The notes under the pieces are model-generated. The model searched no databases and was not told where the DNA came from. It saw nothing but the letters and a program-made list of their open reading frames with translations. Positions 33,513 through 43,983 of a stretch of DNA of 64,000 nucleotides are shown piece by piece. The position numbers were made by a program, and so were the translations under genes. Positions within the stretch are counted from its first letter, which is position 1, and every line of letters starts with the position of its first letter. Source of the DNA: an uncultured Planctomycetota bacterium (GTDB lineage: Bacteria; Planctomycetota; Planctomycetia; Isosphaerales; Isosphaeraceae); the NCBI GenBank assembly GCA_963845755.1, contig CAWJTV010000020.1, positions 160,001-224,000 of the forward strand, in the 5' to 3' direction.

Positions 33513-34547
33513 TCAGCGGGTCGGGCCGAAGGTTGCGGGATCGCTCAATTCGGCAGACGTCCGCGGGAAGATCGCCCGGGCTTCCTCGATAAGCTCCTGG
33601 TACCGTCCCCTGTATCGCGGGGCGAAGTGGATCAAGACGAGCTCCTCGACCCGGGCCGCGACGGCCAGGTCGGCGGCCTGAATGGCAGTCATGTGCCGGT
33701 AAGTCTCGGCCTGTCGGAGCTGGGCCGCGGCGTAGTACGAGTCGCAGTAGAGCCGTCTGGCCCGGTGTGCCAGCTTGAGCAAGACGGGACGGGATGCCTC
33801 GCTCCAGGCGGTGTCGGTGACATAGGCCAGCCGGGCCCCCTTGGTGGTCGTGAAGTAGCGATCGGCGAGCGTGCCGAGCGCGAACCGGCCACCCTCGATC
33901 TCCACCGACACGTCGCGGTCCGCGCCGTTGCGGAGCAGCGCCAGGACCCGGCCGATCCAGGGCCCAGGCCGTAACGGACCGGCCGCAAGCCGGGCTGCAT
34001 CGGGATGGGCGCCGGGTTTCTCCACCACGGCGAAGGCCAGGCACGGCACCGTGTGATCGACCAGGGTCGCTTCGACCGCGAGATCATTGTTTGTATACAG
34101 GACCGGGATCCGGCCGCGCAGAGCGCGCTCGGCGACCTCCGGCTCGGGGAACCGTCGTGCGCATTCAAGGTCCGCCCAGCGAAGGCGCCCGGAGAGCACC
34201 TCGTGGACGCGCATGACGAGCTTCTGGAATGGGAAGAACGGGTGTTCGTAGCTCTTGACCCGGTCATAGACCCGGCGAATCGTCCCCTCCGGACCGAAGA
34301 CGTGGAGCGTCTTGTCGCGGTCGAGATTCGCACGGACGATCCGGTCGAGTCCCATGAAGTGGTCGACATGATGATGTGTGATAAATACGGCGGCGAGGTC
34401 GCCCAGTCGGTCCGAACCCAGGCCGGCCAGCTCGCCGGCGTCGAACAACAAGGCATCGTCGCGACCCGGGTAGTTGACGTAGAGCGCCGGGTCGCCGGTC
34501 GAGCCGTTGACCAGGCGGATGCCGGAGATGGTGCGAGGTTCCGCCAT
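33513..34547 (-). CDS. RNase Z-like metallo-beta-lactamase fold hydrolase
   Basis: LVNGSTGDP, LFDAG, THHHVDH, DHTVPC, YVTDT, HMTA, LIHFAPRY. Confidence 0.85.
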   Translation of the reverse strand: MAEPRTISGIRLVNGSTGDPALYVNYPGRDDALLFDAGELAGLGSDRLGDLAAVFITHHHVDHFMGLDRIVRANLDRDKTLHVFGPEGTIRRVYDRVKSYEHPFFPFQKLVMRVHEVLSGRLRWADLECARRFPEPEVAERALRGRIPVLYTNNDLAVEATLVDHTVPCLAFAVVEKPGAHPDAARLAAGPLRPGPWIGRVLALLRNGADRDVSVEIEGGRFALGTLADRYFTTTKGARLAYVTDTAWSEASRPVLLKLAHRARRLYCDSYYAAAQLRQAETYRHMTAIQAADLAVAARVEELVLIHFAPRYRGRYQELIEEARAIFPRTSAELSDPATFGPTR

Positions 34548-34589
34548 CTTTCAGAATTCGCCCATGCGCTCACGACGCTCGTGCCGCGG

Positions 34590-34659
34590 GAGATTCCGGA
34601 TTGGAGATTCGAGATTCCGGATTGGAGATTCGAGATTCCGGATTGGAGATTCCGGATTC
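34590..34659. repeat. Heptamer tandem array (GAGATTC / CGGATT[G/C]) x10 with 21-bp higher-order period
   Basis: Read directly: gagattc cggattg gagattc gagattc cggattg gagattc gagattc cggattg gagattc cggattc. Confidence 0.95.
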
Positions 34660-34714
34660 CGAGATCGAGCTTCTTGCGGAATCCGGATCGGTCATCGAGA
34701 ACTGGGGATCGAAG

Positions 34715-35200
34715 CTACTTCTTCTCGGGCACGAAGAAGATCCGCAGGTTGTTGATCAGCCACTTGTCTCCCTGTTTGACCCGCACTTGGTAGAACGGTA
34801 CCTTAATCGGTTCGGCCGCGTTCTCGTTGGGCACGAAGGTGCCGGCAATGACGAGGACGTCCGAGGCCAGAAGCTTGGCATACTCTACGGTGTTCTTGCC
34901 GTGGACCTGGCTGGGATCCTTGAAGACCTCGGCGTAAGCCTTCTCGATCTCCGCGCGGCCATCATATACCTTGACCGAGATCTCGCTCTCTTCCCGGGTC
35001 TGGAAAAAGATCTTGGCGTTGTCGGTGTAGTAGGCGGCCATGGCCCTGGCATCGGCCGTATTGAATGTCGTGGCGCCCTCCTCCGTGAGCTTCTTGGCCA
35101 GCTTCATCGCCTCGTCGGCAGCCTGATCCTGGGAAGAGGCCGGGGTGACGAGACTCAGTCCGAGCAACAACCCCAGAACGATTGCCTTCGATCGGTTCAT
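34715..35200 (-). CDS. Secreted NTF2/SnoaL-like (DUF4440-like) protein
   Basis: Signal peptide; FNTADARAMAAYYTDNA..GRAEIEKAY..KQGDKWLI. Confidence 0.75.
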   Translation of the reverse strand: MNRSKAIVLGLLLGLSLVTPASSQDQAADEAMKLAKKLTEEGATTFNTADARAMAAYYTDNAKIFFQTREESEISVKVYDGRAEIEKAYAEVFKDPSQVHGKNTVEYAKLLASDVLVIAGTFVPNENAAEPIKVPFYQVRVKQGDKWLINNLRIFFVPEKK

Positions 35201-35454
35201 GATCATAACTCCTCGGGTTCGAGTGTCGGGTCATCCGAGACGACCCCACAACGAATCTCCTTGTAACAAGAAACGACCCGCTCACGCAAGGAATCCTCGG
35301 ATCCTCGCGATCGGAAGGATGGCCGGGCATTCGAGGCACGCTACGGTTCGGTGAATCGCCTGGCTTGAAATCGACCTTCGCTTGTGGTTTCCTGGGACAG
35401 GTGTCCTTTTGCGAGGAGTCACACATCTTCGGTCAATCGCATGAGGAGCGATCG

Positions 35455-36159
35455 TTGGCAGTTGCAAGTAAGGGGGTCGCGACGGGATCCGCCGTACAGG
35501 TCGAGGACGTCGTGAAGAGTTATGGCGGCACGTCATCGCCGGTCGTGGCCCTTCGGGGCGTTTCGATCGCGGTGCGCCCGGGCGAGCGGGTGGCGCTGCT
35601 GGGGAAGTCGGGCTCGGGAAAATCGACGCTCCTGAACATGATCGGCGGCCTGGATCGTCCCACGTCGGGAACCATCCGGGCAGGCGATCGCGACCTTGCC
35701 CGGATGACCGCGGATGAGCTGGCCGCGTATCGATTGACCACCGTGGGGATGATCTTCCAGGCGTACAACCTGATCACGTCGCGATCCGCGCTGGAGAACG
35801 TCGAGCTGCCGATGATCCTGGCGGGCCGTCCCGTGGCCGAGCGTCGGGCGTCGGCGTGCGAGGCGATGGCGGCGGTCGGGCTGGGCGAACGGCTCAATCA
35901 TCGGCCACCCGAGCTCTCCGGCGGCGAGCACCAGCGCGTGGCGATCGCCCGGGCGCTGGTCAACCGGCCCCGGATCCTGCTGGCGGACGAACCGACGGGC
36001 AACCTCGATTCGGCCACGGCCGCCGAGATCATGGCCCTGCTGCTCGACCACGTCCGGCGCGAGGGCACGACGCTGATCATGGTCACCCACGATGAGGAGC
36101 TGGCCCGCCAGGCCGCCGACCGCATCGTCCGGCTGAAGGATGGACAGGTCGTCTCATGA
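35455..36159 (+). CDS. ABC transporter ATP-binding protein (LolD/MacB type)
   Basis: Walker A GKSGSGKS, LSGGEHQR, ILLADEPTGNLDS, VTHD; TTG start inferred from GAGGAG. Confidence 0.92.
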   Translation: MAVASKGVATGSAVQVEDVVKSYGGTSSPVVALRGVSIAVRPGERVALLGKSGSGKSTLLNMIGGLDRPTSGTIRAGDRDLARMTADELAAYRLTTVGMIFQAYNLITSRSALENVELPMILAGRPVAERRASACEAMAAVGLGERLNHRPPELSGGEHQRVAIARALVNRPRILLADEPTGNLDSATAAEIMALLLDHVRREGTTLIMVTHDEELARQAADRIVRLKDGQVVS

Positions 36160-37740
36160 ATGGAAACTCACGCACCGGCACACCGAGGGCGGCCGACCTC
36201 TGGAACCTCGCGCTCTCGGCGATGCGGCAGCAGAAGGTTCGCACGACGCTGACGATCATCGGCGTGGTGGTGGGTACGTTTGCCCTGGTGCTCAGCGTGG
36301 CCGTGGGGCGGGGGATCGATCGCGCGATCATCAAGCTGTTCCGCGAGGACGATCGGCTCCGCAAGATCCTGGTCAACACGAAGTTCGAGGAAAAACTCGA
36401 GAACGTCCCGATCGAACGCCGCGAACCCAAGGGGGAGATGAGCGACGCCAAGCGGGCGAGGCTCCGCAAGGCGATCGTGCGCACACTGGGGATTCTCGAG
36501 ACGTCCACAGTCCAAGCTGACGGCCGACGCGATCCGTAAGCTCGCGGCTCTCGACCATGTCGCCAGCGCCGTGCCGTATGTCAATCTGGGCGGCAAGGCC
36601 ATTCTCGAGGGCAAAGCCGAGGGCGCCGGTGTCAACTCAGTTCCGCCGGATACGCGTTCCTTCCGCGATCGGCTGATCGCGGGGCGATTGTTCACGCCTG
36701 AAGACGGCCGGGTCGCGATCGTCCACGAGTACCTGCTCTATCGCTGGGGACTCGTCCGCGATGAAGATGCCGAGGCGGTGCTGGGGCGGACGTTCCGCCT
36801 GGAGATTCAATCGCAACCCCCCAACACCGTAGACGTGTCCGAGTTCCTCCGGACGGACAATGAACCGATCGAGGAAAAACAGAAACGCGCCCTGGAGTCC
36901 GCCCTGAAGCGGATTGCGAGCCTGGCGCGGCTCCTGCCGCTCCCTCGCGACGAGCGGGACATGTTGGATGAGCTGTTCAACCACATCTCGGCGACCTCCC
37001 GAACGAAACCGTCGCAGACCTTCGTCGAGGAGTTCACCATCGTCGGCGTGGTCCGGGAACATGAGGAGAAGGATCGGGAGCCGGGATGGGGATTATTTGG
37101 GATTGAGATGAACGATATCCTGTTGCCGACCGCGGCGGCTGTCGCGTTCAAGATGCGCGACCCGGACGTCGCCGAGGAGGGATTCCACGAGGTTATGATC
37201 ACGGTCGATCGCGAGGAGGCCGTGAAGGACCTCGCGAAGCAGATCGAGAAGATGGGCTACCGGCAGTTCTCGCTCGCCGAATTCATCGACACTGTCCGCA
37301 TGAACGTGATGCTGATATCGATGGCCACCGCGTTCGTGGCCGTCGTGGCCCTTGTGGTCGCCTCGATCGGGATCACCAACACCATGATCATGAGCGTGCT
37401 GGAGCGGACTCACGAGATCGGAGTCATGAAAGCGCTGGGCGCGCGCGACCGTCACATCCGCTGGATCTTCCTGGTGGAGGGGATGATCCTCGGGATCTTC
37501 GGCAGCGGGCTGGGATTGGTTCTGGCGTGGCTCGCCTCGTTCCCCGGCGATTCGATCACCAGGAGCATCATGGAGTCGCAGAAAAATCATATGCCGGTCA
37601 AGGGCACGCTATTCGCGTTCCCGATCTGGATGGTGCTCGGCGTACCGGCCGCGGTCTGCCTCATCACGACGCTGGCGGCGGCCTATCCCGCCGCACGCGC
37701 CGCAAGGGTCGATCCAGTGACATCCTTGCGGCATGAGTGA
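36156..37740 (+). CDS. MacB/FtsX family ABC permease (frameshift near 36500)
   Basis: KVRTTLTIIGVVVG; GITNTMIMSVLERTHEIGVMKALGA; PAARAARVDPVTSLRHE. Confidence 0.88.
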
Positions 37741-37760
37741 TCAGGTTCCCACTCACGCGG

Positions 37761-38885
37761 TCAATTCGAGTCCTTGGCGGCGGCGGCGACAGAGCCCCGC
37801 TTCGCGGCGGGCGGCTTGACCGGCCCGAGCGTCTTGATCAAGCGGAGCAGCTCGCTGTCGGTCGTCAGGATCAGCCGCGTATCTCCCTTCAATGCCTCCT
37901 TGTAGACGTCGAGCGTGCGGGTGAAATTGTAGAAGTCGCCGGTCTCCAGGATGGCCTTGGCATAGGAGTCGATGATCTCCGCGTCGACGCGGCCCTTGAG
38001 GATGCTGGCTTCCTGCTTCCCCTCGCCCTCGATCTTCTGGACCTCGGCCTGGGACTTGTTGATGATCTCCTTCTTGCGCTGTTCGCCCTCGCTGGTCGTC
38101 TTGACGGCGATTGCTTCCATCAGCGAGATGGCGCGGTCGAAGGCGGCCTCGCGCACCTGGGGCACGAACTCGATCCGGGAGAGGCCGACGTCGACCAGCT
38201 CGATACCGCGGCCCTTGCCCTGACTCTCACGTTGCCCATCCTCGGCCAGGGCGTGCTGGGCGGTCTCCCGGATCTGGCTGATGATCTTGAGACGGCCGAG
38301 CTGGACGGATTCCTTGGCCTCGGGCGGGACGATGAAGTCGAGCATGGCCTGATCCGGCTCGGTGCCCGCGGCCGCCTTTCCCGGCTCGCCGGCGCGTGCG
38401 ACCATCTCCGGCGGCAGGCCCAGCGAATAGGTCATCTTGCGATTGGTGCTCCGGACGATCTCGGCCAGGTTGTGGGTGGTGATCGTGTCGCGCGCCGTGC
38501 TCCGGACGAACTCCTTGACGCGGGACTCGGCATTCGGCACGGTGCGCAGCGCCCGGACGAACTGGGCCGGGTCGGTGATCCGCCAGACCGCCCAGACCGT
38601 GACCTCGACCTTCTTGCCGTCGGCGGTGGGGACGTCAACGAGCCGCTCTTCCGGGATGGTCCCGTGCCAGACCTGGAGGGTCTTGGGCAACCGCAGGACT
38701 TCCTGGATCATCGGAACCTTGAAGTAGAGCCCGGGCTTGGTGCGGCTGACGACGGGCTCGCCGAACTGGAGCAGGACGGCCAGCTCGCGCTCGTTGACCG
38801 TGTAGAGCAGGGAATCCAACACGGGGAAGGCCAGCACGAGGGCCAGCCCGACCAGGACGGAGGCAATCGGGCGTCGGCGGTTCAT
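37761..38885 (-). CDS. hflC: FtsH protease modulator HflC (SPFH domain)
   Basis: N-terminal TM, LQFGEP..PGLYFKVP, TADGKK..V..WRITDP, FYNFTRTLDVYK; ATGA-coupled to hflK. Confidence 0.85.
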   Translation of the reverse strand: MNRRRPIASVLVGLALVLAFPVLDSLLYTVNERELAVLLQFGEPVVSRTKPGLYFKVPMIQEVLRLPKTLQVWHGTIPEERLVDVPTADGKKVEVTVWAVWRITDPAQFVRALRTVPNAESRVKEFVRSTARDTITTHNLAEIVRSTNRKMTYSLGLPPEMVARAGEPGKAAAGTEPDQAMLDFIVPPEAKESVQLGRLKIISQIRETAQHALAEDGQRESQGKGRGIELVDVGLSRIEFVPQVREAAFDRAISLMEAIAVKTTSEGEQRKKEIINKSQAEVQKIEGEGKQEASILKGRVDAEIIDSYAKAILETGDFYNFTRTLDVYKEALKGDTRLILTTDSELLRLIKTLGPVKPPAAKRGSVAAAAKDSN

Positions 38886-39898
38886 GGGCTCGTCTCTCCC
38901 TTCGCGTCGAGGTTCAGGAGCGGCAGGAGCTGCTTGAGGTCGCTATCGATGATCGTCTTGTTCTTCACGCCCTGGAGGATCTCCTGCATCGCCTCGAGGT
39001 AGAGGCGCTGCCGAGTGATGTCCGGGGCGCGCTGATAGGCGTGATACTTGGCCAAGAGCGCCTCGATCTCGCCGTTCGCCTCGGCGCGCCGGCGAGAGGC
39101 ATAACCCTCGGCCTCGCGGATCAACTTGTCGCGGCTGGCCCGGGCCTCGGGGATCAGGCGGTTCCGCATCGCCTCGGCTTCATTCTCCAGCTTCTGCTTC
39201 TGCTGGATCGCGGCGTTGACCTTGTCGAAGGCCGGCTTGACCCGGTCGGGCGGGATCACGCGCTGCATCTGGAGGGCCGTGACCGTGATGCCGCAGGCGT
39301 AGGCATCGAGGATCTGTTGCGCGTCGGCGCGGGCCTTGAACGCGATATCGCTCCGCTTGGCACCGATCACTTCATCGAACGAGTAGTCGCCCACCAGGCC
39401 GTTCATCACGGTGCGGGCCACGGTCGTCAGCAGGTTCTCGGCGAACCGGTTGTTCTCGTCCTGCGGGAAGCGGAACAGGAACTGCGAGGGCTCGGTCACC
39501 TTCCACTGGACGGTCCACTCGACCGATGCGGTATTCAGGTCGCCCGTCAGCATCAGGGTCTCGTCTTCCAGGCCGATCCGCTGGGAATTGATCGGATCCT
39601 CGGTGCGGGACGCCTGGCCGAACGGCAGCCGCAGGCCGTGCTCCTCGACACTGACCTTCATCACCTGGTCAACCAGCGGAAACTTCAGATGCAGCCCCGG
39701 CATGGTCGTCGCGTGATTCTTGCCGAACCGTAGCACGACGGCCTGCTCGTGGGGTTTGACCGTGTAGCTGAGATCCGACAACAGCCACAAGGCCAGGATC
39801 AACCCGACGATCCAGGGAAACAACGGTAGGTAGCGCTGCCATACCTCGCTCGGCATCGCATCGTCTCTGCGTCGCCGATAGTCCTCGTATGACTCCAT
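38882..39898 (-). CDS. hflK: FtsH protease modulator HflK (SPFH domain)
   Basis: EQAVVLRFGK..PGLH, MLTGDLN, AFDKVN, P.ARA..EAEGY, APDITRQRLYLE. Confidence 0.9.
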   Translation of the reverse strand: MESYEDYRRRRDDAMPSEVWQRYLPLFPWIVGLILALWLLSDLSYTVKPHEQAVVLRFGKNHATTMPGLHLKFPLVDQVMKVSVEEHGLRLPFGQASRTEDPINSQRIGLEDETLMLTGDLNTASVEWTVQWKVTEPSQFLFRFPQDENNRFAENLLTTVARTVMNGLVGDYSFDEVIGAKRSDIAFKARADAQQILDAYACGITVTALQMQRVIPPDRVKPAFDKVNAAIQQKQKLENEAEAMRNRLIPEARASRDKLIREAEGYASRRRAEANGEIEALLAKYHAYQRAPDITRQRLYLEAMQEILQGVKNKTIIDSDLKQLLPLLNLDAKGETSP

Positions 39899-40292
39899 CT
39901 TCGGGAAACCTTCCTCATGGAATGAGTATGACCTCAGCTCGCGGTCGCACTGAGATGGAACGGCAAGCCCATTGCACGACTCACCTGTCTGTTCGCCGCA
40001 TCTCCTGAAATCTTGGATCGATCCGGTGGGCCGGTCCGTTCGCCTTCCCTCGGCTTCGGGTGCGATGTCGGCTCGACCGACCGACCGGCCGCGCGTTCCG
40101 GCAACGTCCCTCCGCCGAGGGATCCGCGAGATTTCCCCGATTGTTGACGCGAGGTCCGGCGTTCAGCAAGTGAGGAAGTCCGGCATCCGGCCCGAGATTG
40201 GGAGGAATCCGACCGACTCACTAAAGAATTCGTTGGCGGCGCGTTCCGGGAGCCGGATATCATGGGAACGAATTCCTTCGGAGATTTCTCTC

Positions 40293-42613
40293 ATGAAAAG
40301 CCGTCGAACTTGGTCTCGGACTCCTCGGGCTGTCGGGACTCGCCCTGCTCCTGGTGGGCGGATGGCAATTGCAGGCGAAACGTGCCGATCCGTCTCGCGC
40401 TAAACCGGCGCACGGCTCCAGGCGAGCGACTCTGGGATCCCGGCGACCTGGCAGTGCGTCGGCAAGTCCGTTTTCCCCGGACTTGACGTATCGCCCCAAT
40501 CAGCCGGTGCTCGACCCGAGCGGTTACGGCGCCGTGAGCTTCCTCATGAGACCCTGGAGGCCGGATGCGACGTTGCAGGAGATCCGCGATCACTGGTACG
40601 GGGCCGGTTTCCGGGGCGCCAGGATCATGGATGAGCGGCTGACCGATCCCAATCTGACGAGAGAATCGGAGATCGCCTTTTTGTACGCGAAAGTGGCCTT
40701 GCTGAACTATGAAGGCGAGGCGCGGCAGGCCTACGAGACCCTCGGACGGCTGCGGTCGATCGTCGCGAGCGACGACCGGATCGCCCAACTTTCGCTGGCG
40801 AGCATCATCCACCTCCAGGGCATAACCGCGCTGCGGTTGGGTGAGAATGATAACTGCATCATGTGTCGTGGTGAGAGCGCCTGTATTTTCCCGATCGCGC
40901 CGACGGCCGTTCATGCCAAACCCGAGGGTTCGCGGCTGGCGGTCCGCCACTTCACGGAGTATCTCGATCAGTTCCCGAATCACCTGGAGGTCCGCTGGCT
41001 CCTCAACGTCGCCCACATGACCCTCGGCGAATACCCGGATCGGGTCGATCCCCGGTTCCGATTGAACCTGGACGATTTCTTCCAGTCCCAGCTCGACATC
41101 GGCCGGTTCCGCGACATCAGCGACGTGGTTGGGCTCGACCGCTTCAACCAGTCGGGGGGCGCGATCATGGACGATTTCGACGACGACGGGTTGCTCGATG
41201 TCGTCGTGACCTCCTCCGACCCGACCGAGAGCATGGCCTACTACCGGAACAAGGGGGATGGCACCTTCGAGGATCGGTCTCGGGACGCGGGCCTGACCGA
41301 TCAGCTCGGGGGCCTGGTCTGTTATCAGGCCGACTACAACAACGACGGGCGACTCGACATCTTCATCCCGCGGTGCCTGGCATAACTGGCCGATGCGTCC
41401 GACGCTGCTCCAGAATGACGGCACCGGCCGATTCCGCGACGTGACCCGGGAAGCCGGGCTCTTGGATCCGGCTAATTCCAACGCTGCCGCCTGGGCGGAC
41501 TACGACAACGACGGCTGGATCGACCTGTTTGTCGCCTGCGAGCGCCAGGACAACCGGCTGTACCACAACAAGGGGGATGGGACGTTCGAAGAGGTCGCCG
41601 CCAAGGCCGGCGTGCATGTCGGCGATCCTCGTCGATACTGCAAAGGGTGCACCTGGGTCGACTACGACAACGACGATTTCCCGGACCTGTTCGTGAACAA
41701 TATGTGCGAGGACGCCCGGTTGTACCACAACTCCCGCGACGGCCGCTTCGAGGAAGTCACCTCGGCGGCGGGGATCGATGGGCCCCACCTGGGCTTTTCT
41801 TGCTGGACCTGGGACTACGACAACGATGGCTGGCTCGATATCTTCGCCGCCTGCTTCGACCGGACACTCGAGGATGTCGTTCGCGGCCTCCTGAAGCTGC
41901 CACAGGACCGTTATTCGAATCGCCTGTTTCGGAACCTCGATGGCAAGGGGTTTCAGAACAAGATCGCGGAGGCCGGGCTGGACATGCCGTTCTCCAGCAT
42001 GGGGACCAATTTCGCGGATTTCGACAACGACGGATTCCTCGATTTCTACCTGGGCACCGGCTCGCCCAGTCTGGGCTTCCTGGTCCCGAATCGCATGTTC
42101 AAGAACGTCGACGGCGAGCGGTTCGTCGACATCTCGTCCTCCTCCGGGACCGGTCATCTCCAAAAGGGGCACGGCGTGGCCTGCGGTGACTGGGACCGCG
42201 ACGGCGACGTCGACCTGTTCATCGAAACGGGAGGCGCCGTTCCCGGCGACAAGTATCACAACATCCTCTTCCAGAATCCCGGCCAGGGGAACCACTGGCT
42301 GACGATGAAGCTCATCGGTCAGAAGACCAACCGGTCGGCCATCGGTGCCCGGATCAAGGTCGTCACGGCCGGCGAGAAGCCGCTGACGATTCACCGACAT
42401 GTCACCTCGGGCAGCAGCTTCGGGGCCAACCCTCTGGAGCAGACGATCGGTCTGGCCAGGGCCGACCGCGTCGCCTCGCTGGAGATCCACTGGCCGGCCA
42501 GCGGGATGACGCAGGTCTTCCACGACATCGACGTCAACCAGGCCATCGAGATCCGCGAATTCTCGGCAGGCTACCGGAAGCTTGACTGGAAGCCCTTACC
42601 CGCACTGCATTGA
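40293..42613 (+). CDS. CRTAC1-like FG-GAP repeat / ASPIC-UnbV protein; frameshifts near 40315 and 41370
   Basis: Many DxDNDG.LD repeats with N.GDGTF; C-terminal NRSAIGARI..GSSFG..IGL..IHWP. Confidence 0.85.
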
Positions 42614-42647
42614 GCGCGTGGCGACCTGTCGGGCTGGCCGTCCCGGT

Positions 42648-43973
42648 TCAGAGTGAGAAGGGTCGGGCTTGCCGGGCACGCGAGCCCAGCGCTTCCTCGA
42701 TCCGCAGCAGCCGGTTGTACTTGGCAAGCCGCTCGGAGCGCGCGACCGAGCCGATCTTGATCTGGCCGGCGGCGGTGGCGACGGCCAGGTCGGCGATCGT
42801 GGTGTCCTCGGTCTCGCCGGAGCGCGCCGAGACGACCGTCCGAATACCATGTTCGCGGGCCAGGTACAGGGCGTCGAGCGTCTCGGTAAGCGTCCCGACC
42901 TGGTTGAGCTTGATCAAGATGGCATTTCCCGCGCGGCGGTCGATCCCCTGTCGCAGTCGGTCGACCTGGGTGGCGAACAGGTCGTCGCCGATGAGCTGCA
43001 CCGAGCTTCCGAGCCGGGCCGTGAGCGCGGCCCAGCCGTCCCAGTCGTCCTCGGCCAGGCCATCTTCGAGCGAGACGATCGGATAGCGCTCGACCCAGCC
43101 GGCCAGCAGGTCGATCATGCCCGCGCTGTCGAGCTCCTGGCCGGCTTCGGCGCCGAGACGGTAGATCCCCTGGTCCGGGTCGAAGAAGTGGGACGAAGCG
43201 ACGTCGACGGCGATGGCGACGTCGCGCCCCGGCTCGAAGCCGCAGGCGACCATCGCATCGACGACGATTTCGAGGGCCTGTTCGTTGCCGTCGAGCCGGG
43301 GACCATAGCCGCCTTCGTCGCCGACCAGGGCCGACTCGAAGCCCTTTTCGTTCAGGACCGCGCCAGTCGCCCGATAGAGGGCGACGGTCATCTCCAGCGC
43401 CTCGCTGTAGCTGGCCGCGCCGATCGGCACGATCAGGACATCCTGGATATCGAGGTTACCGCCCGCGTGCAGGCCGCCGGAAATCATGTTGACCATGGGC
43501 AGGGGCATGTTCGGCTCGGCCGGGATGGCTCCGGGGCTTGCCGAACCGATCCGGCTTTGCCAGATTCGGTTCAGATGGACGAATAAGTCTTCGCCCCGCG
43601 CAGCCGCGGCGGCATGAGCGGCGGCCAGTGAAACCCCGAGCACGGCGTTGGCCCCGAGCCGGCTCTTGTTCGGCGTCCCGTCGAGCGCGAGCAGCCGGGC
43701 GTCGAGGCCGGCCTGGTCGTCCAGGTCCAATCCGGCCACGGCCGGGCCGATCTCACGGGTCACATTGTCGACGGCCCGGAGCACGCCCAGGCCGCCGTAG
43801 CGGGCGTTTCCGGAGTCGCGCAGCTCCAGGGCCTCATGACGGCCCGTGCTCGCTCCCGAGGGGACGATGGCCCGACCGACCGCGCCATTGGACGCGATCA
43901 CCTCGACTTCCACGGTCGGCCGGCCACGCGAGTCGAGCACCTGGCGGGCCTTGAGCGTCTTCAGGGCGATCAT
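42648..43973 (-). CDS. eno: Enolase-family protein (divergent)
   Basis: DSRGRPTVEV, VPSGASTG..EALELRD, DGTPNKSRLGANA, GDEGG, GDDLF, LIKLNQVGT, RSGETED, RSERLAKYN. Confidence 0.9.
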   Translation of the reverse strand: MIALKTLKARQVLDSRGRPTVEVEVIASNGAVGRAIVPSGASTGRHEALELRDSGNARYGGLGVLRAVDNVTREIGPAVAGLDLDDQAGLDARLLALDGTPNKSRLGANAVLGVSLAAAHAAAAARGEDLFVHLNRIWQSRIGSASPGAIPAEPNMPLPMVNMISGGLHAGGNLDIQDVLIVPIGAASYSEALEMTVALYRATGAVLNEKGFESALVGDEGGYGPRLDGNEQALEIVVDAMVACGFEPGRDVAIAVDVASSHFFDPDQGIYRLGAEAGQELDSAGMIDLLAGWVERYPIVSLEDGLAEDDWDGWAALTARLGSSVQLIGDDLFATQVDRLRQGIDRRAGNAILIKLNQVGTLTETLDALYLAREHGIRTVVSARSGETEDTTIADLAVATAAGQIKIGSVARSERLAKYNRLLRIEEALGSRARQARPFSL

Positions 43974-43983
43974 GGGGGTGACC

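Noticed and set aside
34590..34659. Possible CRISPR array (also considered for 53004-53094)
   Set aside because: Contiguous 7-bp units with no unique spacers, and no cas genes in the window.
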